A DNA stretch of 64,000 nucleotides, taken from Eledone cirrhosa (lineage: Eukaryota). Within the stretch, counting starts at the first letter, position 1, and the number at the start of each line of letters is the position of its first letter. This document shows positions 24,630 to 37,968 of this stretch, piece after piece. The notes under the pieces are model-generated. The model saw only the letters and a list, made by a program, of their open reading frames with translations. It searched no databases and had not been told where the DNA came from. The position numbers and the translations under genes were made by a program. The stretch is taken from the NCBI GenBank assembly GCA_964016885.1, contig OZ024743.1, forward strand, positions 180,854,001 to 180,918,000. Reading direction: 5' to 3'.

Positions 24630-24791
24630 TGTCTGATTCAGGCATAAGCTCAACAAATATGGGGAGCAGAGAAAGTTGATTAAATCGACTCCAGCACGTA
24701 CTGGTAGTTGAACTTAGAGTGTAGAGGACCGTATCTATATGCCACAAACCATTCTATCTCACATCCTAACGGCTCTGTCAATCCACCGCCC
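24630..24791 (-). mobile_element. Old diverged copy of the 4345/5499 SINE family
   Basis: Shares TACTGGTA, TTGAACT.AGA and the terminal CTGTCAATCCACCG with the two younger copies. Confidence 0.5.
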
Positions 24792-25574
24792 TCACTGCAC
24801 TTATAAGTATACTGAGGAATTGCGTTGGCAAATAACTGTTAAGAAACAAGCGTTTGAAAAAGAGAAGCCAATATACAAAATGTGTGTACAAACTAGATTA
24901 TGTTAGAATTCCTCGTCTTTCGTTACATTAATGGCATTTATACGCAGAAGAATTTCTAAGAGAAGCAATTATTATCGAAGAATATTCAAAGAGTATAACG
25001 AACTATTTTCTTGAGATTAATAAAGCAATTTTTGCCTTACAATCAACAAAAACAAACATCAATTTGATAACATTTTAAAACGAAACGTGACATATATCGT
25101 AGTAATATTATCATCACAAGCCTTTTACAAAATGAAAGTATTGCATTAGCTATTAAGACTTTGAAATGGAAGTGAATTATTTTTAATGACTCGTCTAAAT
25201 TCGTGTGGGTGTAGTAAATTTCCATATGAAACTATAGTTACAAACTATCTCAATACATTTTGTTTTTATTTTAGATATAGGATCAAACAAATCTCTCATT
25301 TGGTTTTCTTGCAATATTAACTGAAACATTGTTTGTTTCTCAGATTCGTTTTTAATTGAATCATTGACTCAGTTTTGTATGTAAGATGTTGTAGGTTATC
25401 CTCCTTACATGTGTCTATTATCGTCTGGTGTCGTACTCATGCTTTCTTGATTGTGGTAGCCTGATGGCTGGATATTCGATAGTTAGAGCTCTAATATTCT
25501 TTATAAATTTAGTGTTGCTTGTGCATTTTAGTTTCCAATTGTCAGTTACTTCAATTTTTAAGATTTGAGTTTGA

Positions 25575-25917
25575 GTGGAGTAACCTTACTCGATAGACTA
25601 CGTAGCTCGGAGATCAGAGAGTCGCTACAGTTAGAGCCGCTAATTCTCCGAATTGTAAGATCAGAGTTCTGATACGACGGAAATGAGGTTAGAATGACTT
25701 GGAAAGAATTGCTGAACAAATTATACGGGTAAAACCAACCAACGAGAGACCCAAGCAAGATGGCTGGATGGTGACAGAACTCACTCGAAGGAATATTTGA
25801 GGACTTTGCCCCCACAACCCTCTCAGGAAGAAGAAGAAGAAGAAGAAGAAGAAGAAGAAGAAGAAGAAGAAGAAGAAGAAGAAGAAGAAGAAGAAGAAGA
25901 AGAAGAAGAAGAAGAAG
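25575..25917 (+). mobile_element. RTE-clade LINE 3' fragment with (GAA)n tail
   Basis: Homologous to the reverse complement of 47820-48190 with an internal deletion. Ends CTCTCAGGAA followed by (GAA)n. Confidence 0.75.
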
Positions 25918-26590
25918 CGTTAAATTTGTTTTATTGCTGGTTTTAAATTTAATGATTTATACTGAATTATATTTTGTATGCTAGGTTTAGAGCAGTTATA
26001 TCCGATTTCAGTGTATATCATTTAACTTTATTTTGTTGGTGGACAGTGTTTTCGGATGGCCGACAGCCAGATCATCAATAATTCAAATTAAATGTGTGTG
26101 TGTGTGGCCATAAATCAATTAGAGAAACAGAATTTTGTACATATATATATGCATAAAATTAATTTTTCCACCATAAAGTATGTTTCATGAATATTATATG
26201 CTTTTAATATGTATGTAAAAAATAGTATGTTTTCTCTGATATATGGCTATATACATATATTTTCTTTAATTTGAATTATATATATATGTGTGTGTGGTGT
26301 GTGGAATTGCAAGATGGAAACTCCCTTCAGGGAGTTGTTCAGATGATGAGAAGCTATCAAGGGATGAATTTCTTATAGCCTCAGTTCACGAAAGACAAAA
26401 GACAATATAGTGTGAGTGGTCCATGTCTATAAGTGAGAGCAAAGGTATGCTTCTAAATTATCTCACATCTCACCCTCTTTGGCGAAACATATCCAGTTAG
26501 TAAATTGGTTCGACTAAAACGACTAGCTAAATAGATATAGAAAGGGGGCTGATATTATGCGCTGATTAAGTGTCAACAATGTGTAGAAAG

Positions 26591-26677
<87 letters not shown>

Positions 26678-26680
<3 letters not shown>

Positions 26681-26787
26681 GGAAAAGAGTCAGGACCCCG
26701 ACGGCTGAGCTCCGTCCGTTTCGACAGCTAGATCTAGTTCTCGAAACAGCCGGAGCTCAGCCGTCAGGGTCTTGACTCTTTTCCTAT
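26678..26787. repeat. About 110-bp near-perfect palindrome
   Basis: GGAAAAGAGTCAGGACCCCGACGGCTGAGCTCCG... pairs with ...CGGAGCTCAGCCGTCAGGGTCTTGACTCTTTTCC around the centre CTAGATCTAG. Confidence 0.9.
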
Positions 26788-26934
26788 TACCCACTCTACT
26801 ATTCTTAGTATTGAGTACTCTGGTGTGTTATGGTCCACCTGGTTCCTTACCACTCTTCCTTCGTTATATATATATATATATATAAATAAAAATAACAGGA
26901 GGCTGGACTGGTGTAAATCCTTGAAAGGTTTATT

Positions 26935-26992
26935 ATACTATGATCATTTCAATGACCGGGTTCCATATGAATCCGGTGATTTCATCAGGTAT
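26935..26992 (-). ncRNA. Minimal hammerhead ribozyme with palindromic stem III
   Basis: ATAC-CTGATGA-AAT.ACCGG..CCGGT.ATT-GAAA-TGATCA-TA-GTAT. Confidence 0.82.
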
Positions 26993-29183
26993 TCGAAATA
27001 TAACAAAGGAATATGTAAAATCCATGGGTCCGAAAAATCAGATACAAAGAGGACGACTGACCAACTAGCTGCCTTCACCTCGGCCAGACGCCCTCAAAGT
27101 GATGGCTACTCGGTCTACTAATGGCCATCTGGTGATAATGTACTACCACCTCAAAGAATAAAAAAGGGGAAGCAAGAAAGAAAGAAAGAAGAAAAAAGAA
27201 AGAAGTCAGCGTAAGGGTCACACTACAGTCAAGCTAGAAAACGCCGCGAAAAATGTTATTCTAAAGAATCTATATTTTAACAAAGGCATATATAATTCGT
27301 GTATGTATGGTCTAATGTGTGAACAGAAAATTGGAACGTTAAACTTATGTTACGAGTTATAGGATGAAATTAAATTAAAAAATAATAAATTGAAAATTGG
27401 AAAATAAATTAAAAAAATTATTTAATGAACTTACAGAGAGAGTCTTATATGAAAAAGTTACTTACGATAAGATATCAGGGTGGGATAATAGAGTAAAGAT
27501 TAAAGCCTTCGATTGTGAACCCAGCCAGCACCTCCTAACTACGTGTCAGCCAGTTACGAGTGGTATCGTCCAGCCAAAGAAATGGAAATTAATTTTTCCG
27601 AGTACTCTAGGAACGTAGCTACGCTAGGCCCCGGGTGTGCTAGCGGGAAGTCTACAATTTCGACAGGCCATCTTCAATACCAAATGAATACTATTAATTC
27701 ACACATGAGGGGTTTATTTACGTGCCAGTAGAGGCATGATACAGCTAACATTTATGCCTAAGCCTAGAGTTTATACGGATAAGTATAATATAGCGGCCAA
27801 AAGAGGCGGTGCGGCGGGCCCGGGGAAAAATTTTCCGCTCTGAGTAATTTCGTTTACCGAAAGAGAGGAAATTTATTTTTCCAAGCACTCAAGGAAGGCA
27901 GAACTTTCCGAGCGCCCATCGCGCAGCCGGGAAAAGCCACCACATCAATCGAAGGTAGCAAAACCCAATAAAGAGTGCAAATAGACTATAATTATTTTAA
28001 ATTCCCAGTTAGTCCGGGTTATAAGTAGTGTGGTCCTTTGGTGGGTAGGGGGCTATGAAAGGTGCATAATGACCTGAGTAAGGAAAGTTGCATATAAATA
28101 AAAGCAGGATACAAAGATAAAATACAAAGATAAAGAATACATTGATAAAAATACATTAATAAAATAATAAAAGTAAAAAGTAAATAAAACGTCTTCATAG
28201 CTAGGGTAGTGATGTAGTAAGACGGAAGTATATAAGAACATATCGGAGGAATCAGAGCAAAGGGGAAATACAATATAGATCAAGTTGTAGTAAGATAATA
28301 CAGGTTTTTACATATAGATAAAGAGGATGGAAGAAATGGAATGGTAACAGGTGGTACCTAGTGTAAAGCTTGGGCCTCCGAATTCAGTGTGACTCACAAA
28401 AAAGTCCTGAGGTATAGAGTAGAGAATTCAGTCAATACAATACATGTTTTAGTATAATACGTAGAATTTTGTCGGAATCCGAATATTCCCGACAGGGAAG
28501 CAGCATCGGGTGGGCGGTAGACAAAGCACAGAGCAAACAAAATTCGAATGGTAAGTAGATCAGTTGATCCCATGCTGGTGGTAGCTGTACACTGAAGTCA
28601 GTGCCGCTGTTCAATATGACATCTGGAAGTGCTCAACATTATTGGAGCATTATTTCTTTAGGTTTGTTGGTTCACCACTGGATAGAATTCCGTGTGGTCA
28701 ATCTCGGTGTAATATTGTGGAGAGTACTCAACGTAGTGCAGTTCACTCGTCTTCATTTGTCTTTTTTTAATTTATTTTCCAATTTTCAATTTATTATTTT
28801 TTAATTTAATTTCATCCTATAACTCGTAACATAAGTTTAACGTTCCAATTTTCTGTTCACACATTAGACCATACATACACGAATTATATATGCCTTTGTT
28901 AAAATATAGATTCTTTAGAATAACATTTTTCGCGGCGTTTTCTAGCTTGACTGTAGTGTGACCCTTACGCTGACTTCTTTCTTTTTTCTTCTTTCTTTCT
29001 TGCTTCCCCTTTTTTATTCTTTGAGGTGGTAGTACATTATCACCAGATGGTCATTAGTAGACCGAGTAGCCATCACTTTGAGGGCGTCTGGCCGAGGTGA
29101 AGGCAGCTAGTTGGTCAGTCGTCCTCTTTGTCTCTAATTTTTCGGACCCATGGTTTTTACATATTCCTTTGTTATATTTCGAA

Positions 29184-29239
29184 TACCTGATGAAATCACC
29201 GGATTCATATGGAACCCGGTCATTGAAATGATCATAGTA
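29184..29239 (+). ncRNA. Minimal hammerhead ribozyme with palindromic stem III
   Basis: TAC-CTGATGA-AAT.ACCGG..CCGGT.ATT-GAAA-TGATCA-TA-GTA, followed by AATAAA. Confidence 0.8.
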
Positions 29240-29428
29240 CAATAAACCTTTCAAGGATTCACATCAGTCCAGCCTCCTGTTATTTTTATTGATAATTAAC
29301 TCCGTATTCGCACCACCAACTACACAAACGAAGACGGGTGAACTGCACTACGTTGAGTACTCTCCATAATATTACATCGAGATTGACCATACGGAATTCT
29401 ATCCAGTGGTGAACCAACAAACCTAAAG

Positions 29429-29462
<34 letters not shown>

Positions 29463-29970
29463 TAGAGTAGCATAGTTATCTTCAAGACGGTTACGTTGTT
29501 ACCAATGGTTTCCAATCCCGTGTGTGAATTAGATTCTGCTTTCCTTAGGCAGTTATATACATACGTGTGTGAGAGTGTGTCTGTGTGTATGGGGGCGGGG
29601 GGGGGGGTCGTGTTATAAAATAAAGTGAAAGTAAAACGAGTGTGATAGGTAGTAGAAAACTTATAAATTTAGCAGTAGTAAGATTTCAAATTTCGTTTTA
29701 ATTTCTTTTCATTATACATTTAGTAGTTTATTTTTATTCGTTTGATTCACCATAAGAAGTATTTTGTTTTGTGTAGAGAGATAAAAGATATTTCTGATTT
29801 GTTTCTCGCTCTTGTTATGAAACAACTGTCAACCAGCTTGTCAGGTATGTCGCTTGTAATAAAGACATTTTACAGATTAGTCAATATGAAAGTAGATCGT
29901 AGGAACCATTTCTACTAAAAGTAATGTCGGAAACACTGTACAAATAAAGATTAACAAACACACATAGAGT

Positions 29971-30260
<290 letters not shown>

Positions 30261-30501
30261 GTAGGGGATTGGAGGGAAGGAGAGAATAGATTGAATGAGA
30301 ATAACTGAAACTTATTTTCCTTAGAATTTTCCTTATAAATTGTTTGACAGCAAACATGCCATTTTCCCGACACTGACAGTACTAAAACTGTTTACAATGT
30401 ACACCGAAGTATGTGCAAACACTTGTACACACATCGAAACTTACACACATACGCACAGACATATATACACGCACACACACACACATACATATATATATAT
30501 A

Positions 30502-30580
30502 CAGGGTGTCTCATAGAAATGTATACAAATATTTATTAGAATGCTGTTGATGTGTCTATACACTATTTTGGAACACCCTG
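30502..30580. mobile_element. Tiny Tc1/mariner-type MITE remnant
   Basis: TA|CAGGGTGTC...GAACACCCTG|TA terminal inverted repeats with a TA target duplication. Confidence 0.7.
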
Positions 30581-30585
30581 TATAT

Positions 30586-30641
<56 letters not shown>

Positions 30642-30679
30642 AGATACATATCTATGTATATATGTATACATACACACAC

Positions 30680-30733
<54 letters not shown>

Positions 30734-30788
30734 TGTATATACACACATATATGTATGCGTCTGTATGTATGTGTAAAGAGTGAGAAAG

Positions 30789-30826
<38 letters not shown>

Positions 30827-31639
30827 TAAATGAGAGATGAGAACGAGAAAGTACATTAATTTCCCGAATGAATATATATCGCGTTAAAAGAATGAAATAA
30901 AGTGCAATCTAAGAAGAAAGATGCCAGATTATCTATGTTCTTAAGATTTGAACTTAGCTGGCGCCATTTTACAATTTTACTTTTACAGAACTGCTAAATG
31001 CACGTAGACTACTTCTATGCATAAATAGCGTTGTTAGGATATTTTGGGTTTGAAAACTTTCAATCTTCCCTGTATGATAATCTTTCCTTACTTATATACT
31101 CGTGAAATTTCTAATAAAATGCTCTTTCTGCCGGTTATTTTCTTTTTTTATTTATTTAATATACTAAGCTAAAACTAAAATCCAATAAAAATATATCCAG
31201 CGGGAGGTATTTCATCAGCTTATATTCATCAACTACTACACACTGTGTGTGTGTGTGTGTGTATAAAACTTACACATACAAGCATTGCATAGATCCGGAC
31301 ACATTCTTGCACACTCACACACTCAACTCACAGATTCTCAAGTAGGGATGCGTATGTCTGAATATGTGTCAATATTTTATAGTATATTGTACTTTATCCC
31401 TTTCGTAGAAACGCTGATGCTACACTCGGTAGAGCTCTTTCGAAACATACTTTCACCTAAGTTCTAATCCCATTGGGATCTACTTTACTTTTCCTGCCTC
31501 TTTATTAGGTCGATTCATCTAACTACACGCCACCGGACAAAATGTGTACTTTTGTTCTAATACAAATTCTAGTTATAATTTTTAGGATAGTGGTGGACTG
31601 AAAGAAAGTATTGAGCATCTGGTAGAATACTAGCGGGCG

Positions 31640-31770
31640 AAATAGTGTTCCTCCGAAGGGTCTTTGGAGTAACGTTATTCGATAGGGTGCATAGCTTGGA
31701 TATCAGAGTCACACCAGGTAGAGCCGCTACTTCTCCGAATTGAGAGATCACAGCTCCGATACTATGGGAG
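31640..31770 (+). mobile_element. RTE-clade LINE internal fragment
   Basis: Translates FLRRVFGVTLFDRVHSLDIR and VEPLLLRIERSQLRYYG. Homologous to 48060-48190 (minus strand). Confidence 0.75.
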
Positions 31771-33004
31771 GTGGTGGTTACGTCTCTGTTCAGAGAAATT
31801 GCCGCACTAGAATCAGAGTACAATATGTATTCTGAAAGGCTATATTAAACTCCAATAAAAACGATGATTTATTTGACTGGCCAATGTAATTCAATAATAA
31901 TTCAAAAAGAGTGAAAATTAGAAATAGATATTGTAGATGTTGATCTAGATGAAAGGTTATGATAGGATATATAATCTTTTATTGGAACTCTAGCGTAGTT
32001 AATCTGTATATGCCCAAAGAATTTACAGGGTTTTGTGATTCTATATATTAGGAGTTTGAAGATTTACATTTCATCCATCTTAATGAATTGTATTTCATTA
32101 ACCACGTTTCATTGTTTGCTAGTTCTAATCTAGCAGGAACAATAAGGTAGATATAAGAATATAAAGATTAGAAAAGAATATAAGAAGTGGGATTACATGG
32201 TTATTTTGAATGGATACAAGAAGACTTAGGTTTCCAAGTGATCTAAGATCTGACCTATGTATAGTCAGAATAGATTTCAATCTACAAAAACAAAAATCAT
32301 TAAACAAAGCTATAGCTATCCTGTGGGTGCGCATCTATCGAAAACATTTCATAGGAAAACCAGCCATCAGTCTTAACAAATTTAGGTAAACAAGGAAGCT
32401 TTTCGCTTTGCATACTATTTACTTTTTCCAGCGATATTGTTCTCTTGAAAATTAGACCTGGGGTGGGATGGGTTGCTCCTAGTTTGAAATATCCAAGTGA
32501 CCCATGTGACAGGACAACGTAGCAAAGACTTTATATATATATAAATGTGCACAAAGCGTGGTGCATGATAGGTGTTTGAAATAACTATGTTCATACTTCC
32601 AAGAGTATTATCACTACATTTACATGAAAGAGATCCAATAAAGAATCGATATTTTTCTATGCTGTCTCTCCTAACCAGGGATTTATATATTTCTCTACTA
32701 TTAGCCATACTTCATATAATAATATAGCAATTATCGTAACCTTTCATCTCGTTAATTGTACCTCAGCAGTTCAAAAACCCTAATTTTCACTGCCATATCA
32801 AGATTATACGCCCTTGGTTGTATAGTAAGTGTTATAATCACTCATATTTTCATGTCATATTACCCAGATTCCTACCTATTTCTTTTCATGAAGAATATTT
32901 ACTTTTTATTAAATTTATTTCGGATTGTTTTCTTTTAGAATATTTTATTGTTCATCAAAGGACCTCCAGAAGTACCGAACCTGTCTTTGGTCAAGACTCT
33001 GCGT

Positions 33005-33090
33005 TTCTTCTTCTTCTTCTTCTTCTTCTTCTTCTTCTTCTTCGCTCACTTATTCCTGGGAAGGTCGTAGGGGGAAGCGTCCTCAAACAC
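33005..33090 (-). mobile_element. RTE 3' terminus with (GAA)n tail
   Basis: (CTT)n followed by CACTTATTCCTG..GTCGT..GTCCTCAAACA, matching 47815-47872. Confidence 0.65.
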
Positions 33091-33560
33091 TCCTCCCTAT
33101 GTGTTGCAACCTACATAAAACAATACGCCCCCGCCTCCACCACCACCTTTTTTCAAAACACATCCTGCTGTTATTTCAAGGATATTTTACTATTATTTGT
33201 ACCATATCGATTGAAAATTAGAAAAACTCCCTCCTCAATTATGTTTACCCTAATTAACTGCAGGGTAAAGTTAAAATGTGAGTTGTCAGGTCGATTATTT
33301 TGCTAAAGGTATTATTAGCTGTGTATGTGATGAAATAAAATAACTTTCAGCTAACATTAATACCATCTTTCCGCCTTAGTTTAGCGTGAGAAGACCTCCA
33401 CTGTAAACAGGTTTCAACTTTATTCTCAACAAATAATATCTAATAAGAGAAATATTGATTATCTTTCAAAGACACAAGGCATTTTTAATACAAAAAATAA
33501 TAATAATAGTCAATTGACGGTATGTTAAAATGTCCGATCTAATATATGTGTGTGCGTTTA

Positions 33561-33592
<32 letters not shown>

Positions 33593-33599
33593 CGGGATA

Positions 33600-33980
33600 A
33601 CAAGTTATCATTGTAGGTAATCCACTTAGAGGTAGTCCGGTTAGAGTACTCCGTGTTGTGTATGGTTTTAACGTATGGCTTAGTTTGACTCAACAAGACG
33701 CTTCCATAATGATGTAGCGAGTTCGCGGTGATTTCTATGTAGGTTATACTTGGAGTAATAATAATTCAAGAAAGAAGAGTAATATGGTTGGTTGTACATC
33801 AGAGCGTGTGGATATCCACGCGCTCTGATGTATTGACTGGTTGTAAACAAAGTATTGGAGATCGATAAACGCAACATCAAGCGATTAGTGAGCTCTAGAC
33901 CTACCAGATCAACGAAACAATTGTCAGCACTGTGAATAAAGCCGTTATTGTACAGCCAACCATGTTACTCTTCTTTCTTG

Positions 33981-33986
<6 letters not shown>
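33600..33986. mobile_element. Penelope-like terminal remnant with inverted repeats and a degenerate hammerhead
   Basis: Inverted repeat 33761-33798 / 33949-33986, 38-bp palindrome 33795-33832, and GCT-CTGATGT...GAAA-CAATTG-TC-AGC followed by AATAAA. (TA)n flanks. Confidence 0.6.
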
Positions 33987-34053
<67 letters not shown>

Positions 34054-34409
34054 ATACAATAACAGAGATAGTTTAAAGCTAAACTCTGACTGGTAACCAT
34101 CTCACTCAACAAACATTAGGTTATATTAAAATATAGACCCAATTTAAGTGTTTGGGGTGCTAACAATATGTATAATGTGGAAAAACCAGTTGTATTGTTT
34201 TATGAGATATAATTAAAGTTAAAGTATATCTCTCTTTCCAAACAATTGTTTCATTATAAGTTTTCTACAAGTTTGGGAGAATGTTTCCAGTTTATGTAGA
34301 AGCCTAATATATATTCATGTAAGAATATATTTAGGTGGGCACTTATAAATCTTCAGTGGAAGCCCATTAAACATTGAAATAAGAAAACAATTTCTTACCG
34401 CTGTCAAAA

Positions 34410-34479
<70 letters not shown>

Positions 34480-34723
34480 TGTGGAGAAGGACCACACGAG
34501 TTAGGATATTCTTCTAATATTTATCTTAAAAGAGATAAAAGTAAATGAGAGTTGATGGAGAAACTTCGGTTGGTTCACATTAAGAATACAAATAATACCA
34601 TGATAGCCATGGATATCGCATGTCTCCGAAATTTCAAGACCACACACACACTCACACACACAAAAAAACCACCCACACACCCACACGCACACACATATAT
34701 ATATGTGTATATATATATAGATG

Positions 34724-34768
<45 letters not shown>

Positions 34769-34908
34769 GTATATATATATGTGTGTGTGTATATGTATAT
34801 ATACACATATATATACATATATATATATATATATACATATAATATATATATGTATATATATATATACATATATATATGTGTGTGTGTGTAAGTATATATA
34901 TGAATGTA

Positions 34909-34966
<58 letters not shown>

Positions 34967-34971
34967 TACAA

Positions 34972-35022
<51 letters not shown>

Positions 35023-35036
35023 AGTATATATATATG

Positions 35037-35101
<65 letters not shown>

Positions 35102-36288
35102 TCATATGTATACTTACACACACACACATATATATATATATAAGGAAGAAGAGTCGTTGCTCTGTATATATCTCTATGTCCATCTATATGCGGTGTGTTT
35201 GTTTTAATTATGAAATTTACGTAAATGTAAGAATTGATTAAAATGAATAAATAAAATATGTGATAATATAGCTGCCAATGAGTCTGGTTAATTAATGAAT
35301 CATTTAATACTGTTGTGAAGGTTTCAGATTCACTATAGTCATCTTTCGTAGGTGGGGAAGAAGCACGACGATAATACAACTGTATACAGAATTGTATTAC
35401 AATTTTGTATCCACTTAGAAATTGCTCAGCAAGCGAACAACAGCGAAATTACAGAAAATCTTACAAATAAACTCTAGGTCATACAATTTCTGTGGTTCTT
35501 CGAACAAATGGACTTTTAGATTACATTATAAACTGTAATACTTACACTAATTGAACGATCATGTGACAATCTTCCTTCTTTTATATTGCATATATTCGAA
35601 TAGATCTCTGTCGGTTTCGACTATCGGTGTTCCAGCTATTCAATCAATGGAACAGCCTGCTCATTAAACCGGCCTGTAAGTAGCTGCGCATTCCGCACAT
35701 GTATGTACTCTCAACGTAATTCTCACAGTGATTCGCTGTGACACAGTGTATGTGTGTGGGTTTTTAATTATATTAACAGTCGGCCCATCGAGCTTCTCGT
35801 CAGTTACCATCCCCCTAATTTCCCTCATGAGCCATGGGTCAACCCCGAGGATAGGGTAAACAGTTACCATCTCCCCAATCTCACTCACAGGCTATGAGTC
35901 AACCCGAACTGATACTTTTGCAAGACGTCATGCAGTGGGATCGAACTTCACAACTAATGATTGCGAAACAAACTGTGTGTATGTGAATATCTGCAGTATT
36001 TAATTCCCTCCGAATAATCTCCTTCTTCTGCAAGGCTCATATAATCCCTAGATGGGTTTTTTATTAAGATGTTGATACAATTGACTAAAAACTCTGAAGA
36101 CGATTCCTTGTTATGGCAACATCCAAACGACTGGAACCATTACAATAACCACTAAAAGAGTTAATATTTCCTAAACCACAAATCATTTAATTATAAATTA
36201 TCAATAACAATTTGTTAGAGCCAAATAAAATCTATTTCAATAATAATTCTGTCTTGAAATTCTCAATGACTGATACAAGTTTTCACCC

Positions 36289-36344
<56 letters not shown>

Positions 36345-36348
<4 letters not shown>

Positions 36349-37764
36349 GAGGAAGTTGTAGTTCACTTGAAGCATTGTGTAATGAGGTATAAACGTTTGG
36401 AGGGAAGTAAAGGGGTTAAACCAGCGATCTAAATAGCTTGCCAAGTCATGCTGACAGGAAATGGTGTAGAGATTCTGTTCTATCTCTAATGTCAAAGTGT
36501 GAGAGTTAGGTGGATAAAGAGTAGTCTCCCTTTAATAGGGGTTTTTTACATGTATGTTTAAGTGTGTGGGAGAATACGTGAAGGTGTAAGTATGTGTGTG
36601 TGTGAGAGTGTGAGAATATATGTCTATACGTGAATGTGGGGGATAGATGCTCTATCATGTTAAAACTGGTCTTTGTGTGTGCATGTGTGTATGTGAGAGA
36701 ATAGGTGGAGGTGTAAGCGCGTGTGTTTGTGTGTGTGCGTGTGTGTGTGCGTGTGTGTAAGTATGGGGCTAGGTGCACTATCAAGTTATACATTGGGTGT
36801 TGAGTTCTAGTTTATTATTGATTGTTGGTTGTGTTTTGTCTATAATCAGTGCTTCCTTAATTCTAAGATTACTGAGGTTTCTTTCCTTAGTTTCTATCCT
36901 AACTGTTATGTTTTTGTCGGTGTTTTTGCATTTCACTAGGTGTTTCTTAAATGAGGAAGCGATAGTATTGAGGTGTTCTTTTATTCTTATGTGAAGTGGT
37001 CTGTGGTGCTACCTACGTAGATGTTGCTGCATTTGTCGCACTCTAATCTGTATACGGCGTAAGCCCGGTGGCAAAGGTCTGTGTCGTTGATGGGGCAGTT
37101 GGCTAGCCTGCAGCGGCTGTCATGTCTGGTGGAGTGTCTTTTGGTTAGCTGTCCGCGTAGAGAAGGTCCTGAGTGGGCTAGTTGGATATCTAGTCCCTCT
37201 CGTCTGATAGCTCTGCGGATGGCTGTTGTTGTTTCGTCACTGAAGTGTGGGAGCTTCAGGAAGCAGGTGTTAGTGCCTCAGGTGTGGTGTCCTCTGTTCT
37301 ATCTAGCACGGTTCGTGGTGGACGTCGGGTATCCGTTCCGTTTGAGTACTTCCAGGAAATGTGTGGTGTGTGTGTCTCGGTCTCTAGCGTCGCTGCATTT
37401 GTTCTGGATACGTGTTAGTCGTTCCTTATGTATCCGAACTTAGCGCCGGCTGGGAGGGCCGATCTGAAGTGTACGAACAGGTCCCTGCTGGCAGCTTTTT
37501 TATAGAAGCAGGTGTGGATGTTGCCTTCCTCTGTTACCCTAAGTTGGAAGTCCACTAGGGATAGGGATCCGCGGTCATCGGAGTGTTCCATGCTGAACTT
37601 TATACTGACGTCCATGCTGGAGAATGTCGTGTATATTTTATCCGCCTCCTCACGGGATGATATAAGGATGAGTATGTCATCTACATATCGAGTGAAGAAG
37701 GTATGGGAATGGCAGATGCTGAGGGTTCGGCATTCTAGCTGGTTCATATAGGTGATGGCCAGCA
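36345..37764 (-). mobile_element. Inverted 5'-truncated copy of the adjacent Penelope element (RT end, GIY-YIG, 3' repeat)
   Basis: Near-identical reverse complement of about 39540-40800. Includes RYVDD. Confidence 0.93.
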
Positions 37765-37808
37765 GGATCGATAAGCTATTTAGATCGCTGGTTTAACCAC
37801 TTTACTTC

Positions 37809-37843
37809 CCTCCGAAGAAGAGATATTATCTCGAAAATTAAGG
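37809..37843 (+). ncRNA. Minimal hammerhead-like motif in the 5' pseudo-LTR (U4C core variant)
   Basis: CCT-CCGAAGA-A-GAGATA(t)TATCTC-GAAA-AT-TA-AGG. Confidence 0.6.
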
Positions 37844-37968
37844 ATATTTAAATAATTAAGGTAAAAGACTAATTGTCAACAATATCTTTTGTATTTGCAT
37901 TTATATTCTATATCCATACCTGCATTGTTTTGGCTTTACAAATACAAACGTTTATACCTCATTACATA

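Larger units (their letters stand above)
26885..29431. mobile_element. Non-coding Penelope-like element with inverted partial duplication
   Basis: 26885-27416 is inverted relative to 28762-29290, and 28651-28754 is inverted relative to 29330-29431. Each long arm has a hammerhead followed by AATAAA. (TA)n flanks. Confidence 0.8.

Noticed and set aside
26040-26432. Two further hammerhead-like motifs (minus 26041-26080; plus 26340-26432)
   Set aside because: The cores are mutated (TTGATGA, ATGATGA) and stem I cannot be formed convincingly.
35801-35915. Two diverged 60-bp tandem units (CAGTTACCATC...GTCAACCC)
   Set aside because: Real but only two copies, consistent with an ordinary local duplication.
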